Shown here: in pieces, positions 17,723-28,304 of the stretch
Layout: each line of letters opens with the position of its first letter
Numbering within the stretch: the stretch's first letter is position 1
DNA from: Dehalococcoidia bacterium
Lineage (GTDB): Bacteria > Chloroflexota > Dehalococcoidia > Lucifugimonadales > QGNO01
Direction of reading: 5' to 3'
NCBI GenBank assembly: GCA_965116555.1
Contig: OZ220698.1
Coordinates: 984,709 to 1,048,708 of the forward strand
Length of the DNA stretch: 64,000 nucleotides
Program-made: the position numbers and the translations under genes
Notes under the pieces: model-generated
The model's input: the letters and a program-made list of their open reading frames with translations, nothing else
Databases searched by the model: none
What the model was told of the DNA's origin: nothing

Positions 17723-19092
17723 AGCTCTTGAACCTTAGCTACTGGCAATTAGCAATCCTCTTCACCGTTCCCATAGCCGTCTCAACCGGGGCGGTCTTCT
17801 ATATATTCGGCCTTCCTGAACAAATGCCTCTGAACCGCCTACTGCTGGCGGCAGGTCTGGTAGGGATAATTGCTCTCCTCCTATCCCTTTGGCTGGCAAG
17901 GACCATATCCCGCCGCACCTTGCACTCTCTCCACCCCTTGTCACAGGCCATGCTCCACCTTGCCCAAGGAAACCTGGATTACCGCCTACAGACGGGCAAT
18001 GAACCCAAAGAACTGATGGATGCGTTCAACCAGACAGCGACTACGCTAAGGAACATCATCGAGGAGCTGTCTGAAGAGCGAAACAAGCTATCGGCGATTC
18101 TGGACACTATGGCGGATGGCGTCGTGGTTGTTGAGGCTGACGGCAGCATAGAGCTGATGAACCGCGCCGGTGAGGAGATCCTGAATGCAAACGCAAAAAC
18201 CGCGGTCGGCTCACGTTTCATGGAAGCCGTGCGCGATCATGAGATTCGTGATGTCATCTCCAAGGCGCTGGAAACCAAACAGCCGCAGCGAGGAGACGTA
18301 GAGCTCCTCCACAGGCGAAGGTACCTGGTTGCGATTGCCGCTCCCTTGACGCAGGAAGAAGCTTCCGGCGTTCTACTCACACTGCATGATCTAACCCCGA
18401 TACGCCAGGTAGAGACTACCCGGCGCGAGTTCGTGAGCAACGTGTCGCACGAACTGCGCACACCAATTGCGTCTATCAGAGCTATGGTGGAGACGCTCCA
18501 GAGAGGCGCAATGGAAGACAGGCAAGTAGCCAGCGATTTCATGGAGCGCATCAATAGAGACATAGTGCGAATGAACGACTTAGTCAGCGAGCTGTTGGAG
18601 CTGTCGCTGCTGGAAAGCGGGCAGATGAAACTGGACATCGCCGCCATAGACCTCATCCCCTTCCTAGAGGAGATCAGGCAGGAGTACCAGGTGGAGGCGG
18701 AAGCAAAGAAGATACGGCTCAGGGTGGAGGAAGACACCCGCCAACCCAGAGTGCTAGGAGATAGAGGCAAAGTGCGCCAGATTCTGGCCAACCTGTTGGA
18801 CAACGCCCTGAAAGCCACTACTGAAAGCGGCGAGATATGGTTATCTGCGGAAGTGCGGAACAGTTCCACTAGAATCACCGTCAGGGATACCGGAGACGGC
18901 ATAGCCCAGGAGCACTTGCCTCATATTTTCGAACGGTTCTATAAGGTGGATAGGTCACGCAGAGACGGCGGCACCGGCCTAGGTCTCTCCATAGTGAAGC
19001 ATCTGGTGCAAGCTCAAAACGGCGAGGTCTGGGTGGAAAGCAGGGAAGGGGAGGGCAGCGCCTTCAGCTTCACGCTGCCCACGGCCCGCTGA
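17719..19092 (+). CDS. Sensor histidine kinase (PhoR-like: TM-HAMP-PAS-HisKA-HATPase)
   Basis: ATG 17719 overlaps the regulator stop (ATGA). H-box SHELRTP; G-boxes DTGDGI and GGTGLGLSIVKH. Confidence 0.85.
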   Translation: MKLLNLSYWQLAILFTVPIAVSTGAVFYIFGLPEQMPLNRLLLAAGLVGIIALLLSLWLARTISRRTLHSLHPLSQAMLHLAQGNLDYRLQTGNEPKELMDAFNQTATTLRNIIEELSEERNKLSAILDTMADGVVVVEADGSIELMNRAGEEILNANAKTAVGSRFMEAVRDHEIRDVISKALETKQPQRGDVELLHRRRYLVAIAAPLTQEEASGVLLTLHDLTPIRQVETTRREFVSNVSHELRTPIASIRAMVETLQRGAMEDRQVASDFMERINRDIVRMNDLVSELLELSLLESGQMKLDIAAIDLIPFLEEIRQEYQVEAEAKKIRLRVEEDTRQPRVLGDRGKVRQILANLLDNALKATTESGEIWLSAEVRNSSTRITVRDTGDGIAQEHLPHIFERFYKVDRSRRDGGTGLGLSIVKHLVQAQNGEVWVESREGEGSAFSFTLPTAR

Positions 19093-19152
19093 CTTAGGGC
19101 CGGTTTGCTCCACCTGGAGCCTCGATTTTCTGGCATGGGAGGAGACTGAGCA

Positions 19153-19404
19153 ATGACTTTCACCGTGTACGAGAATAGAGTCCACAATTACGCATCCATT
19201 CACATATCGTCTTGTAGCTACGTCAAACTGCACGGAGGAGTGAGCCGTGTTACGCCCCCAACAGGCCGCTATTATGAAGAAATCGGCACTCTCTTAGAAG
19301 CCTTGAAGGTGGCGTTCATCACAGGGAGGCGAGACCTCGCTGTGTGCAGTAGGTGTTTTCCGGATGGAGTGCCTCTACGAAGCTGGCAACGGATGAATCC
19401 CTAA
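19153..19404 (+). CDS. Small hypothetical protein with possible Cys4 zinc ribbon
   Basis: 83 aa with Cys residues arranged as SSCSY...AVCSRC. I recognise no family. Isolated between phoR and the pst promoter region. Confidence 0.4.
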   Translation: MTFTVYENRVHNYASIHISSCSYVKLHGGVSRVTPPTGRYYEEIGTLLEALKVAFITGRRDLAVCSRCFPDGVPLRSWQRMNP

Positions 19405-19608
19405 TCCTTTGGCGCACAGCAAGCAATTCCCTATTTTTCTGGCAAAGGCATAATGCACGCTTAATTCCTGATAAAGCCCCGTTAAACCCCGCGCTATAAA
19501 CTCTTCCTTGGGAGAGAACGCTTTCCCCAGCGTAGTTAGGACATGGAATCAGTGCCCTGACCGCGCTGATGCCCCGCACACGGATACGCCGTAATAATTG
19601 CTAACACT

Positions 19609-19652
19609 CCGTTAACATCCTGTTAAAAGTCCGTTCAACAACCGTGTCCCGT
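19609..19652 (+). promoter_or_regulatory. Pho-box-like array: four direct repeats with 11-bp period upstream of pstC
   Basis: Repeats are CCGTTAACatc CTGTTAAAagt CCGTTCAAcaa CCGTGTCCcgt. They resemble the PhoB/PhoP 7+4 bp direct-repeat architecture. A TAGGAT -10-like hexamer follows at 19659..19664. Confidence 0.55.
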
Positions 19653-19663
19653 GTTGCTCTAGG

Positions 19664-20641
19664 ATGGATTCAATGCGGCAAGCGCAAGGTAGAAGTACTT
19701 CCTCCATAGGCGTAACCAAAACAGGGGTCACCGGTCTTGCCAAGCGCCGGAGACGGGGCGAACTTGAGGGCCGCATAGCGCATCTTCTATTCTTCCTGGC
19801 AGCCTCCGTATCCGTGCTCACCACTATCGGCATCCTGGCAACCCTTGCCTTTGAAGCGTTCAACTTCTTCACCGAGGTATCACCGTGGGAGTTCCTCACC
19901 GGCACCAAGTGGTCGCCTCTGCTGAAAGATCAATTCGGAAACACCCACTTCGGTGTTCTACCGCTGGTTTCAGGCACGGTGCTTGTCGCTGGAATCGCAG
20001 CCCTGGTGGCGGTCCCCACCGGCATCGGCATAGCTATTTTTCTCTCTGAATACGCACCGGATAGAGTTCGCCGTGTCATCAAACCCATTCTGGAGGTACT
20101 GGCGGGCATACCCACGGTAGTCTACGGTTACTTTGCTCTCACGTTCGTCACTCCGGTGCTGCAGGAATTCATCCCCGGCCTCCTTGTATTCAATGCTTTG
20201 AGCGCGGGCCTTGTCATGGGATTGATGATAATACCCATGGTCTCCTCAATCAGTGAGGACGCCATGGTGGCGGTGCCAAGGTCGCTGCGCCACGCCGCCT
20301 ATGCGCTGGGCGCCACGCGCATCGAGGTATCGCTCAAGGTGGTGGTGCCTGCCGCCATTTCCGGAATTGTGGCTGCCTTCATCCTTGGCTTCTCCAGGGC
20401 AATAGGCGAGACCATGTTGGTCACTATTGCCGCCGGATCTACCCCCAAGCTGGGGGTGAACCCCCTGGAGAGCATCCAGACCATGACGGCATACATTGTG
20501 CAGGTCGCTCTGGGAGAAGCCCCGCACGGCACCATAGAGTTCAGCACCATATTCGCGGTGGGACTTCTCCTCTTCTTCATGACTTTGGTCATGAATCTGG
20601 CCGGGCATTTTGTAGTTCGCAGATGGCGGGAGGTTTATTGA
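19664..20641 (+). CDS. pstC: Phosphate ABC transporter permease PstC
   Basis: 325 aa polytopic permease with EAA-type loop ..[26 protein letters not shown]... First gene of pstCAB-phoU. Confidence 0.9.
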   Translation: MDSMRQAQGRSTSSIGVTKTGVTGLAKRRRRGELEGRIAHLLFFLAASVSVLTTIGILATLAFEAFNFFTEVSPWEFLTGTKWSPLLKDQFGNTHFGVLPLVSGTVLVAGIAALVAVPTGIGIAIFLSEYAPDRVRRVIKPILEVLAGIPTVVYGYFALTFVTPVLQEFIPGLLVFNALSAGLVMGLMIIPMVSSISEDAMVAVPRSLRHAAYALGATRIEVSLKVVVPAAISGIVAAFILGFSRAIGETMLVTIAAGSTPKLGVNPLESIQTMTAYIVQVALGEAPHGTIEFSTIFAVGLLLFFMTLVMNLAGHFVVRRWREVY

Positions 20642-21525
20642 TGGCAACTGATGTCACCTCCGCCTTCAACCAGAGACTCAAGCTCAGGAAAGCAGTTGGC
20701 GCCGTATTCTACGTCCTCTTCCTTGCCGCTATTCTGATCGGCATCATTGGCCTGATGACCCTCCTCGCACGGGTGCTAATACAGGGCCTCCCCTGGCTGA
20801 ACTGGCATTTCGTAAGCAGCTACCCCAGCCGCTTTCCGGAGCAGGCCGGAATCCTGGCGGCAATAGCGGGCAGTGTCTGGGTAATGGGGCTGGTGGGCCT
20901 ATTCACCGTACCGGTGGGGGTGGGAGCGGCCATCTATCTGGAAGAGTACGCCCCAAAGAACTGGTTCACCCGGTTTATTGAGGTGAACATTGCAAATCTG
21001 GCCGGAGTCCCTTCCATAGTGTACGGGCTGATGGGCTTCGCGCTATTCGTTACCGCTCTGTCGCTTGGCAGGTCTGTGCTGGCGGGAGCGTTGACCCTTG
21101 CCCTCTTGGTCTTGCCAATAGTCATTCTTGCCTCCCGCGAAGCGATTAGGGCAGTGCCTAACACCTACCGGGAGGCGGCCTACGGACTAGGGGCCACCAA
21201 GTTCCAGGTTGTCAAGGGAGTAGTGATACCCCAGGCCACGCCTGGCATAATGACCGGCACTATACTGGCTCTATCCAGGGCCATTGGCGAGGCTGCACCA
21301 GTTATTGCAATCAGCGCGCTGGTATTCCTCAGATTCGTTCCCACGGACCCCCTGGACCGCTTCTCCGTAATGCCCATCCAGATTTATAACTGGGTTACGC
21401 GGCCTCAGGATGGTTTCCGGGAAATCGCGGCCGCCGGCATCATTGTGCTCCTGGTTGTTCTCCTGAGCATGAACGCTATTGCCGTGTACATTCGCAACAG
21501 AACACAGGTCAAGTCGGAGGAGTAG
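20641..21525 (+). CDS. pstA: Phosphate ABC transporter permease PstA
   Basis: ATG 20641 overlaps the pstC stop (TGATG). EAA loop ..[29 protein letters not shown]... Confidence 0.9.
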   Translation: MATDVTSAFNQRLKLRKAVGAVFYVLFLAAILIGIIGLMTLLARVLIQGLPWLNWHFVSSYPSRFPEQAGILAAIAGSVWVMGLVGLFTVPVGVGAAIYLEEYAPKNWFTRFIEVNIANLAGVPSIVYGLMGFALFVTALSLGRSVLAGALTLALLVLPIVILASREAIRAVPNTYREAAYGLGATKFQVVKGVVIPQATPGIMTGTILALSRAIGEAAPVIAISALVFLRFVPTDPLDRFSVMPIQIYNWVTRPQDGFREIAAAGIIVLLVVLLSMNAIAVYIRNRTQVKSEE

Positions 21526-21527
21526 GG

Positions 21528-22307
21528 ATGGAGCAACGCCAGAACGGGACCATTCTGCAAGTATCAGGCCTGGAGGTCTACTACGGCGCTTTCCGTGCCT
21601 TGCGGGACATCTCAATGAGGGTGCAACGCAACCAGGTTACCGCGATAATTGGTCCTTCCGGATGCGGCAAGAGCACTCTGCTCAGGTGCTTCAACCGCAT
21701 GAATGAGCTTGTCCCGGGGACTGTAATCAAAGGTGATATACTCTACAACGAAGAGAACTTGTATGATCCCAGCGTGGATCCCACGGAAGTCAGGTCGCGT
21801 ATTGGAATGGTGTTTCAGAAGCCAAATCCCTTCCCCAAGTCCATATATGAGAACGTTGCCTTCGGACTGAAGATCAATGGATTCAGGGACAACATAGAGG
21901 AGGCGGTGGAAAGGTCTCTTCGCCGCGCCGCGCTGTGGGATGAAGTCAAGGACCGTCTGAAGGAGCGTGCTTTGAATCTTTCAGGAGGGCAGCAGCAACG
22001 CCTCTGCATTGCCCGCGCCCTGGCCATAGAACCGGAAGTGGTGTTGATGGACGAGCCGGCATCCGCTCTTGATCCCGTATCCACTCTGGCAATCGAAGAC
22101 CTGATCAGAGAGTTGTCTTCTGAAGTCACCATTGTTATCGTTACGCACAACATGCAGCAGGCCGCCCGCGTATCGGATGAGACTGCTTTCTTAATGATGG
22201 GTGATGACAGGGCCGGTTACCTTGTGGAGTTCGGGGCAACGCACCAGATCTTTACCGACCCTAAGGACGAACGCACGGAAGCGTACATCACCGGCCGCTT
22301 CAGCTAG
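21528..22307 (+). CDS. pstB: Phosphate ABC transporter ATP-binding protein PstB
   Basis: [35 protein letters not shown] and [12 protein letters not shown], which form the typical PstB signature. Confidence 0.95.
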   Translation: MEQRQNGTILQVSGLEVYYGAFRALRDISMRVQRNQVTAIIGPSGCGKSTLLRCFNRMNELVPGTVIKGDILYNEENLYDPSVDPTEVRSRIGMVFQKPNPFPKSIYENVAFGLKINGFRDNIEEAVERSLRRAALWDEVKDRLKERALNLSGGQQQRLCIARALAIEPEVVLMDEPASALDPVSTLAIEDLIRELSSEVTIVIVTHNMQQAARVSDETAFLMMGDDRAGYLVEFGATHQIFTDPKDERTEAYITGRFS

Positions 22308-22323
22308 CGGGAAGGAGACTGAA

Positions 22324-22989
22324 TTGCCTAGAGGAGATTTCGATAGGTCGTTAGCGGCGCTTCAAGACGACTTGCTAACACTGGGCAGCATGGTGGAAAA
22401 GGCAATAGCCAGGTCTATAGATGCTCTGAAAAACCGTGACCTTGAACTGTCCCGACAAGTTGTCCTTGACGACGATCTGATAGACAAGAAGAGGTTTGCC
22501 ATAGAAGAGGAGTGCGTGGAACTGATAGCCATGCAGCAGCCCATGGCTGGCGACCTACGCATACTGATCGCCGTGCTGCATATAGCCGTAGAGCTGGAAC
22601 GGATGGGTGACTACGCCGAAGGCATAGGCAAGATCAGCATGATGATGGGCAACGAACCTCCCCTGAAGCCTTTGATAGATATCCCACGCATGGCGGAGAA
22701 GTCCATGGATATGCTGCGTCGCAGCTTGGACTCCCTGGTACACCGGGATACAGAGGCGGCATTGCGGGTCTGCAACGACGACGACGAGGTGGATGCCCTG
22801 TACGAACAGGTATACAGGGAACTGCTCATGTTCATGCTCCAAGACCCCAAGACCGTGCAGAGAGCCACGCATCTCTTATGGGTGGCCCACGACCTGGAAC
22901 GCATAGCCGATAGGGCTACCAACGTTGCCGAGAGGGTCATCTTCCTGGTAACCGGCAAGCTGATGGAGATAAACGTATCCAAGTATTGA
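22324..22989 (+). CDS. phoU: Phosphate signalling complex protein PhoU
   Basis: Two PhoU repeats (..ERMGDYAEGI.., ..ERIADRATNVAERV..). TTG 22324 is preceded by GGAAGGAG. The track start at 22201 lies inside pstB. Confidence 0.85.
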   Translation: MPRGDFDRSLAALQDDLLTLGSMVEKAIARSIDALKNRDLELSRQVVLDDDLIDKKRFAIEEECVELIAMQQPMAGDLRILIAVLHIAVELERMGDYAEGIGKISMMMGNEPPLKPLIDIPRMAEKSMDMLRRSLDSLVHRDTEAALRVCNDDDEVDALYEQVYRELLMFMLQDPKTVQRATHLLWVAHDLERIADRATNVAERVIFLVTGKLMEINVSKY

Positions 22990-23003
22990 GCAACCAGCGG
23001 AAA

Positions 23004-25745
23004 TCACTGCTGGTCTGACTCAAGCAACCTCTTGAGGTCATGCTTGGACTGAAGGATATCCTCCCAAAGATCGCCCATCTTCTCTATCCTCGCCGGCACC
23101 GTGTCTATGGTGAAGTCAGTCGGGTAAATCTCGCCTAGCTCTTCCCAGCGCACCGGGGTGGATACGGGAGCGCCGGGGGCAGGACGGATCGAGTAGATTG
23201 AAGCCATGTTCTTGCCGCGCGTGTTCTGGTTGTGGTCCAAGAATATCTTCCCCGTCCTCTTGTCTACCGTCCACTCCATAGTGACGTCCCTGGGCAATTG
23301 CCGCAGGAGAAACCGTCCTATCAGTTCACATGTCTTGCGGGTTGTTCTGTAGTTGTATTGCCTCAGCACAGGCACGTATATGTGAAGCCCGGTCTTGCCG
23401 GATGTCTTCACATATGACGAGAGAGAGAGCTGGTCCAAGATCTCCTTCAGCGCCAGCGCCACCTCCACCACTTTCTTGAAAGCGCGTTTGTTCAACTGCG
23501 GCTCGTCTCCTGCCTGCTCTCCGCCCGAGTAGATATAGGGATCGAGATCAAAGGCTACGAAGTCCGGATAGTTCAGGACGCTTTCTTCAAGCGTATCTCT
23601 GCTGCCGGTAAAGGATGTCCCCAGATTGGCGGCGTCCGGTTCCAAGACCATGCGCGACAGCCAGGGATGGAACTCTATGTTGGCCAGTTGCGCCAGCCAG
23701 GCGAGGGTAGGGAGGTTGTCGACCATGAGGTATTCGCCGTCGCCCTCGTTGTGAGACGAGAAGATGGGCAGCTTCTCCACGAAATCAGGGGCATGCTCCG
23801 CATGCTTCTGATAGAAGCTGCCTCCGCCTATGCCGTTAGGGTACCTGGTCAGCGTCATGGGCCGATTCTTCAAGTGTGGGAGAAGAACGTGGCCCACGCT
23901 CAGGTAGTAGCGGATCATATCCCTCTTCGTCTTTGCCGGGTTCCCCTTGTCCTCCGGCCAGAGCACCTTGTTCAGGTTGGTCAAGCTTATGCGGTAACCG
24001 TCCACGTCCAGCCTGATGGCATCCTCGTTGCTTGACAAGCGCTCCAACAGTTGCGAGATGTCGGTTGCTTCGGATCTAGGCGGCTGGGCCGGACGTGTCT
24101 CAACCGGCGCAACGACTACGGTCTCCTCGGCTTCACGAATAACATTCTTGGGGTCAACGTCAAGACGCAGACCGTGAAATACCGGCGCCCTGAGTCGGCC
24201 ATCGTCGGTCCAGTTGGCGAACTTGACCTGGGCTACCATCTCAGGGCGCACCCAGCAGTTCTCCGCGCCGCTCAACTCCTCCGCCCAGACGAATGGGGAC
24301 TGTTCCGCCTCCAACTCCACCAGTTGGGAATGGAGCCTTTCCAGCGTGGCGTTGTCGTAGCCCGTGCCCACCCGGCCGGCATAGCGAAGATCGCCGCCTT
24401 CGTAGTAGCCCACCAGCAAAGCGCCAAAGGTCGTGGAACGTGCCCCTGCGCCACGCGTGTATCCTCCAACTACAAGCTCCTGAGACTTTACGTGCTTGAT
24501 CTTGAGCCAGGCGTTGCTCCTTGTCCCCGGCTCATAGACACTGGAGCGTCGTTTAGCGATGATTCCCTCCAGCCCAAGCTCGACGGCGGCGCGATAGAAG
24601 GAAGCGCCGTCACCCTCCACGTATTCCACCAAGCTGGTATGCTCAGAGGGCACAACAGCTTGGCTGAGCAGCTTCTTTCTGTCTATCAAAGGCACTTTTC
24701 TAAGGTCAACGCCGTCCAGGTAAAGCAGGTCGAACGGATAGTAGGCCATGTTCGCGCTGCCTATGGGTCGGTCTACAGCGCCTTTATCGAATCCCATAAC
24801 ATGCTGTATCAGGCCAAAGTCCGGCAACCCATCTTCATTGAGCGCGGCCACTTCGCCGTCCAGCACCATCTCATCGTATTCCTGTGCCTTGAGGTCGGAT
24901 ACTACTTCAGGCAGCCGGCTGGTGAGGTCCAACCCGTTCCGGCTGAGCAAGGTAACCTCTCCACCTTGGAGAAAGGCCATCACGCGGTATCCATCCAGCT
25001 TGGGTTCAAAGAGCCAGTCCGGATGGGAAAAGGGTCTCTCCGCGCTGCCTGCCATCATGGGCTTTAGACGTTTCGGATAGGCAGTTTCCGTGCCTGTGGA
25101 CACTATGCGCTCCATCTCTGAAAGCCAATCGGTTGCCAGTTTGGATGGGTCGGGCAGACGACCGCTCTTCAGGTCTTCCAGGGTAAGACCTGACTGAACG
25201 GACCTGTCCTCCTCCAAAACGTCCCGTTCAGTATCCACGTAGCGGTCTTTGTGCTTGATGAGGAGCCAGTCTTTGGGGCCGCGGGTGGTCCTCACCAGCG
25301 TCCACGAACCCTTCAACTTACTGCCGCGCAGGGTGAAGGAGAGCTTCCCCTTTTCCAGGTCGCGCCGCATCCGCTCTTCAGCCTCCTCACGGTTGCCGAA
25401 GGAGAGGCCGCCCTCGTCCGGGGAGTAGTAGCCCGCGTCCCAGACGATGACCTGTCCGGCGCCGTAGTTGCCATGACCTATCACGCCCTCGAACGTCCCG
25501 TAGTCCAAGGGGTGGTCTTCCACAAACGCGGCAAGCCTCTTGTCCTGCGGGTTCAACGAAGGGCCTTTGGGAACGGCCCACGATTTCAGGACGCCGTCCA
25601 GCTCAAGGCGGAAGTCGTAGTGAAGGCGGCTGGCGGCGTGCTTCTGAATAACGAACCTCAAGCTGCCCTTAGAACTCTTGGCCGTTCCCGGCCCCGGCTC
25701 GCGGGTGCGCGTGAAGTCTCGCTTCTTTTCGTATTCTCTGAGCAT
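23004..25745 (-). CDS. ligD: Multidomain ATP-dependent DNA ligase LigD (phosphoesterase-ligase-polymerase order)
   Basis: N-terminal 3'-phosphoesterase (FVIQKHAASRLHYDFRLE), ligase adenylation motif EPKLDGYR, and C-terminal primase-polymerase (FDLDP, SGKTGLHIYVP). 913 aa. Confidence 0.9.
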   Translation of the reverse strand: MLREYEKKRDFTRTREPGPGTAKSSKGSLRFVIQKHAASRLHYDFRLELDGVLKSWAVPKGPSLNPQDKRLAAFVEDHPLDYGTFEGVIGHGNYGAGQVIVWDAGYYSPDEGGLSFGNREEAEERMRRDLEKGKLSFTLRGSKLKGSWTLVRTTRGPKDWLLIKHKDRYVDTERDVLEEDRSVQSGLTLEDLKSGRLPDPSKLATDWLSEMERIVSTGTETAYPKRLKPMMAGSAERPFSHPDWLFEPKLDGYRVMAFLQGGEVTLLSRNGLDLTSRLPEVVSDLKAQEYDEMVLDGEVAALNEDGLPDFGLIQHVMGFDKGAVDRPIGSANMAYYPFDLLYLDGVDLRKVPLIDRKKLLSQAVVPSEHTSLVEYVEGDGASFYRAAVELGLEGIIAKRRSSVYEPGTRSNAWLKIKHVKSQELVVGGYTRGAGARSTTFGALLVGYYEGGDLRYAGRVGTGYDNATLERLHSQLVELEAEQSPFVWAEELSGAENCWVRPEMVAQVKFANWTDDGRLRAPVFHGLRLDVDPKNVIREAEETVVVAPVETRPAQPPRSEATDISQLLERLSSNEDAIRLDVDGYRISLTNLNKVLWPEDKGNPAKTKRDMIRYYLSVGHVLLPHLKNRPMTLTRYPNGIGGGSFYQKHAEHAPDFVEKLPIFSSHNEGDGEYLMVDNLPTLAWLAQLANIEFHPWLSRMVLEPDAANLGTSFTGSRDTLEESVLNYPDFVAFDLDPYIYSGGEQAGDEPQLNKRAFKKVVEVALALKEILDQLSLSSYVKTSGKTGLHIYVPVLRQYNYRTTRKTCELIGRFLLRQLPRDVTMEWTVDKRTGKIFLDHNQNTRGKNMASIYSIRPAPGAPVSTPVRWEELGEIYPTDFTIDTVPARIEKMGDLWEDILQSKHDLKRLLESDQQ

Positions 25746-25751
25746 CGGCGG

Positions 25752-26471
25752 CTATAAGGATATTCCTAGGATGTCCATGAGCGCCCTGGCAAACTCCGGC
25801 CCCTTACCCTCCTCCTCGTGCTTGAAATAAACGAAGACGTCGTCCCAGACGCCATCATGCTCTTTGATCTTGTCCGACCAAGCGCGTATGTCTTCCTGCC
25901 CGTACCCCTCGTCGCGCAGACGAAAGTAGCCGTAGCCGGCGGTAGCTACAACGGGCGTCGTCGCCTTCTCGCTATCGGCGATGCACAGCGCAAGGTTTTT
26001 CTCCTCAAGGCGGGCGTACACCTCCTCGGTGAGCCAGGAGGCGTTGCGAAACTCGAACGCCGCTCTTGTGCCACTGGGTATCCATTTCAAGAAGCCATCC
26101 AACAAGTCCAGATTCAGCTTGAAGGACGGCGGGAGTTGAAAAAGCAGAACGCCCAGCTTGGAGCCAAGCGCCTGCGCCCGGCTACAGAAGCCCTCCACCA
26201 GATCCTGGCAGTTGCTTAGCCTCGCTTCGTGCGTGATGCGGCGAGGCGCTTTCAGAGTGAACCTGAAGTTGGGAGGCGTGTTTTCCGCCCAGCCGGCAAG
26301 CGTCTTCTCGTTGGGGAACCTGTAGAACGTGTAGTTGATCTCCACGGTAGGGAAGTGCCCGGAGTAGAAAGAGAGCATCTTGGACACGGGCAGGTCTGAA
26401 GGGTAGAAGCTGCCCTTCCATTCCGGGTAGTTGTAGCCCGACGTGCCGACTAAGACCTTGTTAGATGTCAT
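25752..26471 (-). CDS. DUF72 (UPF0759/YecE) family protein
   Basis: 239 aa. GTSGYNYPEWKGSFYP and LGVLLFQLPPSF are typical of DUF72. 6 bp upstream of ligD and 9 bp downstream of the nuclease gene. Confidence 0.75.
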   Translation of the reverse strand: MTSNKVLVGTSGYNYPEWKGSFYPSDLPVSKMLSFYSGHFPTVEINYTFYRFPNEKTLAGWAENTPPNFRFTLKAPRRITHEARLSNCQDLVEGFCSRAQALGSKLGVLLFQLPPSFKLNLDLLDGFLKWIPSGTRAAFEFRNASWLTEEVYARLEEKNLALCIADSEKATTPVVATAGYGYFRLRDEGYGQEDIRAWSDKIKEHDGVWDDVFVYFKHEEEGKGPEFARALMDILGISL

Positions 26472-26480
26472 AGCTGAGAT

Positions 26481-28304
26481 TCAGTGATTGGCCCTCAAAT
26501 AAGCCACAATCTCCATCATCACCTTGCAATCCACCTCATTATAACGCTCGATTTCGTCCATGAGGTCCACCTGCGCCATACCCACGCCCATGCGTTGGGC
26601 CTCACCAGCCGACCACCAAGCCCCCACCATGGCGCCCAAGCCATCCGTTGGACCGTCTTGCCAAATCGTTTTGATGTAGCCGTGCGATTTCATGGCTCGC
26701 GCCACGCTCTTCAGGCCGAAGTTCATAGCGCCGCGGACTACTACCGGCTCTTCTTTCATCACGCGGGACAGAAAATCGAACCAGCGGAGCTTGGGCCAGG
26801 AGTTATCGGGATGTCGCTTGACGGCGGAATTGTACGACGTCTCCATGGAGCTGGTCTCCGCATGGGACCAGTGGATGACCAGGGGTTCCTTGCCGGGGTC
26901 TGCCAGCCTCCGGGTCACCTCTGCCATGTGAGTGTGCCAGGCGTCTATAATCTTCTCCTCTGAAGGCTCCGTAAGGGCGTCGACAGTGAAGCACTTGTAT
27001 TCCCAGCGTCCGTTTTCCACGTGCCCGCAGCCGATCATGAAAATTAGCGGCTGGCCGCCCTTCGATGGAAGCTTGGAGAAGTCGTCATCCAAGTCGCTCA
27101 CCGTCTCAAAGTCCACGTAGAACTCAAGCGCGGAGTCCCGCCACGCGGGATCGCTGTTCTGCAAGCGGGACGGCTGGACGTTGGGCCCGTCGGTCGACCT
27201 ATTGATATCCAAGAGAGCTTGAAGCACCGGCTGCCGCGTACCTGTGGAGAACCCCAGCGAATCTGCAGTGCAGGAAGCGTCCCGCCAGTCGTAGACCCCG
27301 GCCTCGTGACCCGCTTGCCGATTCTTTACGCCCGCTTGCCAGACCAAAGTCAACTCGCCAAGCTCCTCCGCTATGCGTCCCTTGGCCGCGTGCCAGGGAG
27401 CGTCCCGCGTGTTCGTCATATTGGGCCAGAGGTCGGGTACGTCAGGGAATGGCAGGACTTTCCAGCCGGAACCCTCGCTTCTGACGCGGCGCAGCCATTC
27501 GCAGGCTTCACGGGTAATTTCCTCCGTGGAGCCTGAGCGAGTTCCGCCGTGCTGCGCCACGGGACCAAGCCGCTCCATGAAGCTCTCTCCACGCTCCTTT
27601 CTCTGCTTCCATCCCCGGCCCAAGAGATACGATTGCGATGGCGTATACCCCTGCAGACGGCCCAGGGCGCGGTTGTATATGAATAGCTGGGCTTTGTACG
27701 CCAGCTTGGAGCCGCTGCCGGAAACCTCGCCGCCTGCCAATAGATCAAGGGTGGTGAACTTGATATCCACGACTCGATAGTGCCACGGCCAGAAACCCAG
27801 ACCCGGCGCAGAATCTGAAGCCTCTTCCTCGGCCAGTGCACCGGGAAACAGCCGTTGAAGCTCGTCACTCCTGATTAGCAGATCGGGGGCTCCGTAGGTG
27901 CGCGACTCAGCGTCTCGCAGGACGCCTTGATAGATGACGGGCGCCCCGTTCTGCATGGCGGCGAACGTCTCTTCCGCCTTTGACAGATCGCGGACTTCTG
28001 CTGGCCCGTCGCTGATGGCCGTTATGGACGCAAGCCCGCCCAGATATTCCACGACCGCTTCCTCAAACCGCCTGCCTTTTTCCATGATGAACGTGGAGAA
28101 GTCGGTTCTGGCGTCGTAGGAGGGCAGGGCATCGTCGCGCTGGAACCCGTTAGCCTCGCCGTAGAGGCTAAGCCAGTCCAGCAACGGGTCCTTCATCATA
28201 TAGTTCCAGCTAGACGACGCGCTGACCCAGTCCCGCCACTCCTCCTCAGTGGAAGGAGTGACGGTGCGCCCGTCGCTGGTGATAGTGAGAGCCTCTATTC
28301 CCAT
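26481..28304 (-). CDS. RecB-family (TM0106-type) PD-(D/E)xK nuclease fused to an RNase-H-like exonuclease-fold domain
   Basis: Nuclease motifs GAPDLL, VVDIKF and YKAQLFIY (QxxxY). The C-terminal half has FYVDFETVSD ... HWSHAE ... YNEVDCKVMMEIVAYL, typical of the TM0106-type family. Confidence 0.7.
   Translation of the reverse strand: MGIEALTITSDGRTVTPSTEEEWRDWVSASSSWNYMMKDPLLDWLSLYGEANGFQRDDALPSYDARTDFSTFIMEKGRRFEEAVVEYLGGLASITAISDGPAEVRDLSKAEETFAAMQNGAPVIYQGVLRDAESRTYGAPDLLIRSDELQRLFPGALAEEEASDSAPGLGFWPWHYRVVDIKFTTLDLLAGGEVSGSGSKLAYKAQLFIYNRALGRLQGYTPSQSYLLGRGWKQRKERGESFMERLGPVAQHGGTRSGSTEEITREACEWLRRVRSEGSGWKVLPFPDVPDLWPNMTNTRDAPWHAAKGRIAEELGELTLVWQAGVKNRQAGHEAGVYDWRDASCTADSLGFSTGTRQPVLQALLDINRSTDGPNVQPSRLQNSDPAWRDSALEFYVDFETVSDLDDDFSKLPSKGGQPLIFMIGCGHVENGRWEYKCFTVDALTEPSEEKIIDAWHTHMAEVTRRLADPGKEPLVIHWSHAETSSMETSYNSAVKRHPDNSWPKLRWFDFLSRVMKEEPVVVRGAMNFGLKSVARAMKSHGYIKTIWQDGPTDGLGAMVGAWWSAGEAQRMGVGMAQVDLMDEIERYNEVDCKVMMEIVAYLRANH

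Noticed and set aside
24051-25067. 338-aa ORF on the plus strand
   Set aside because: Antisense to ligD. Shadow ORF.
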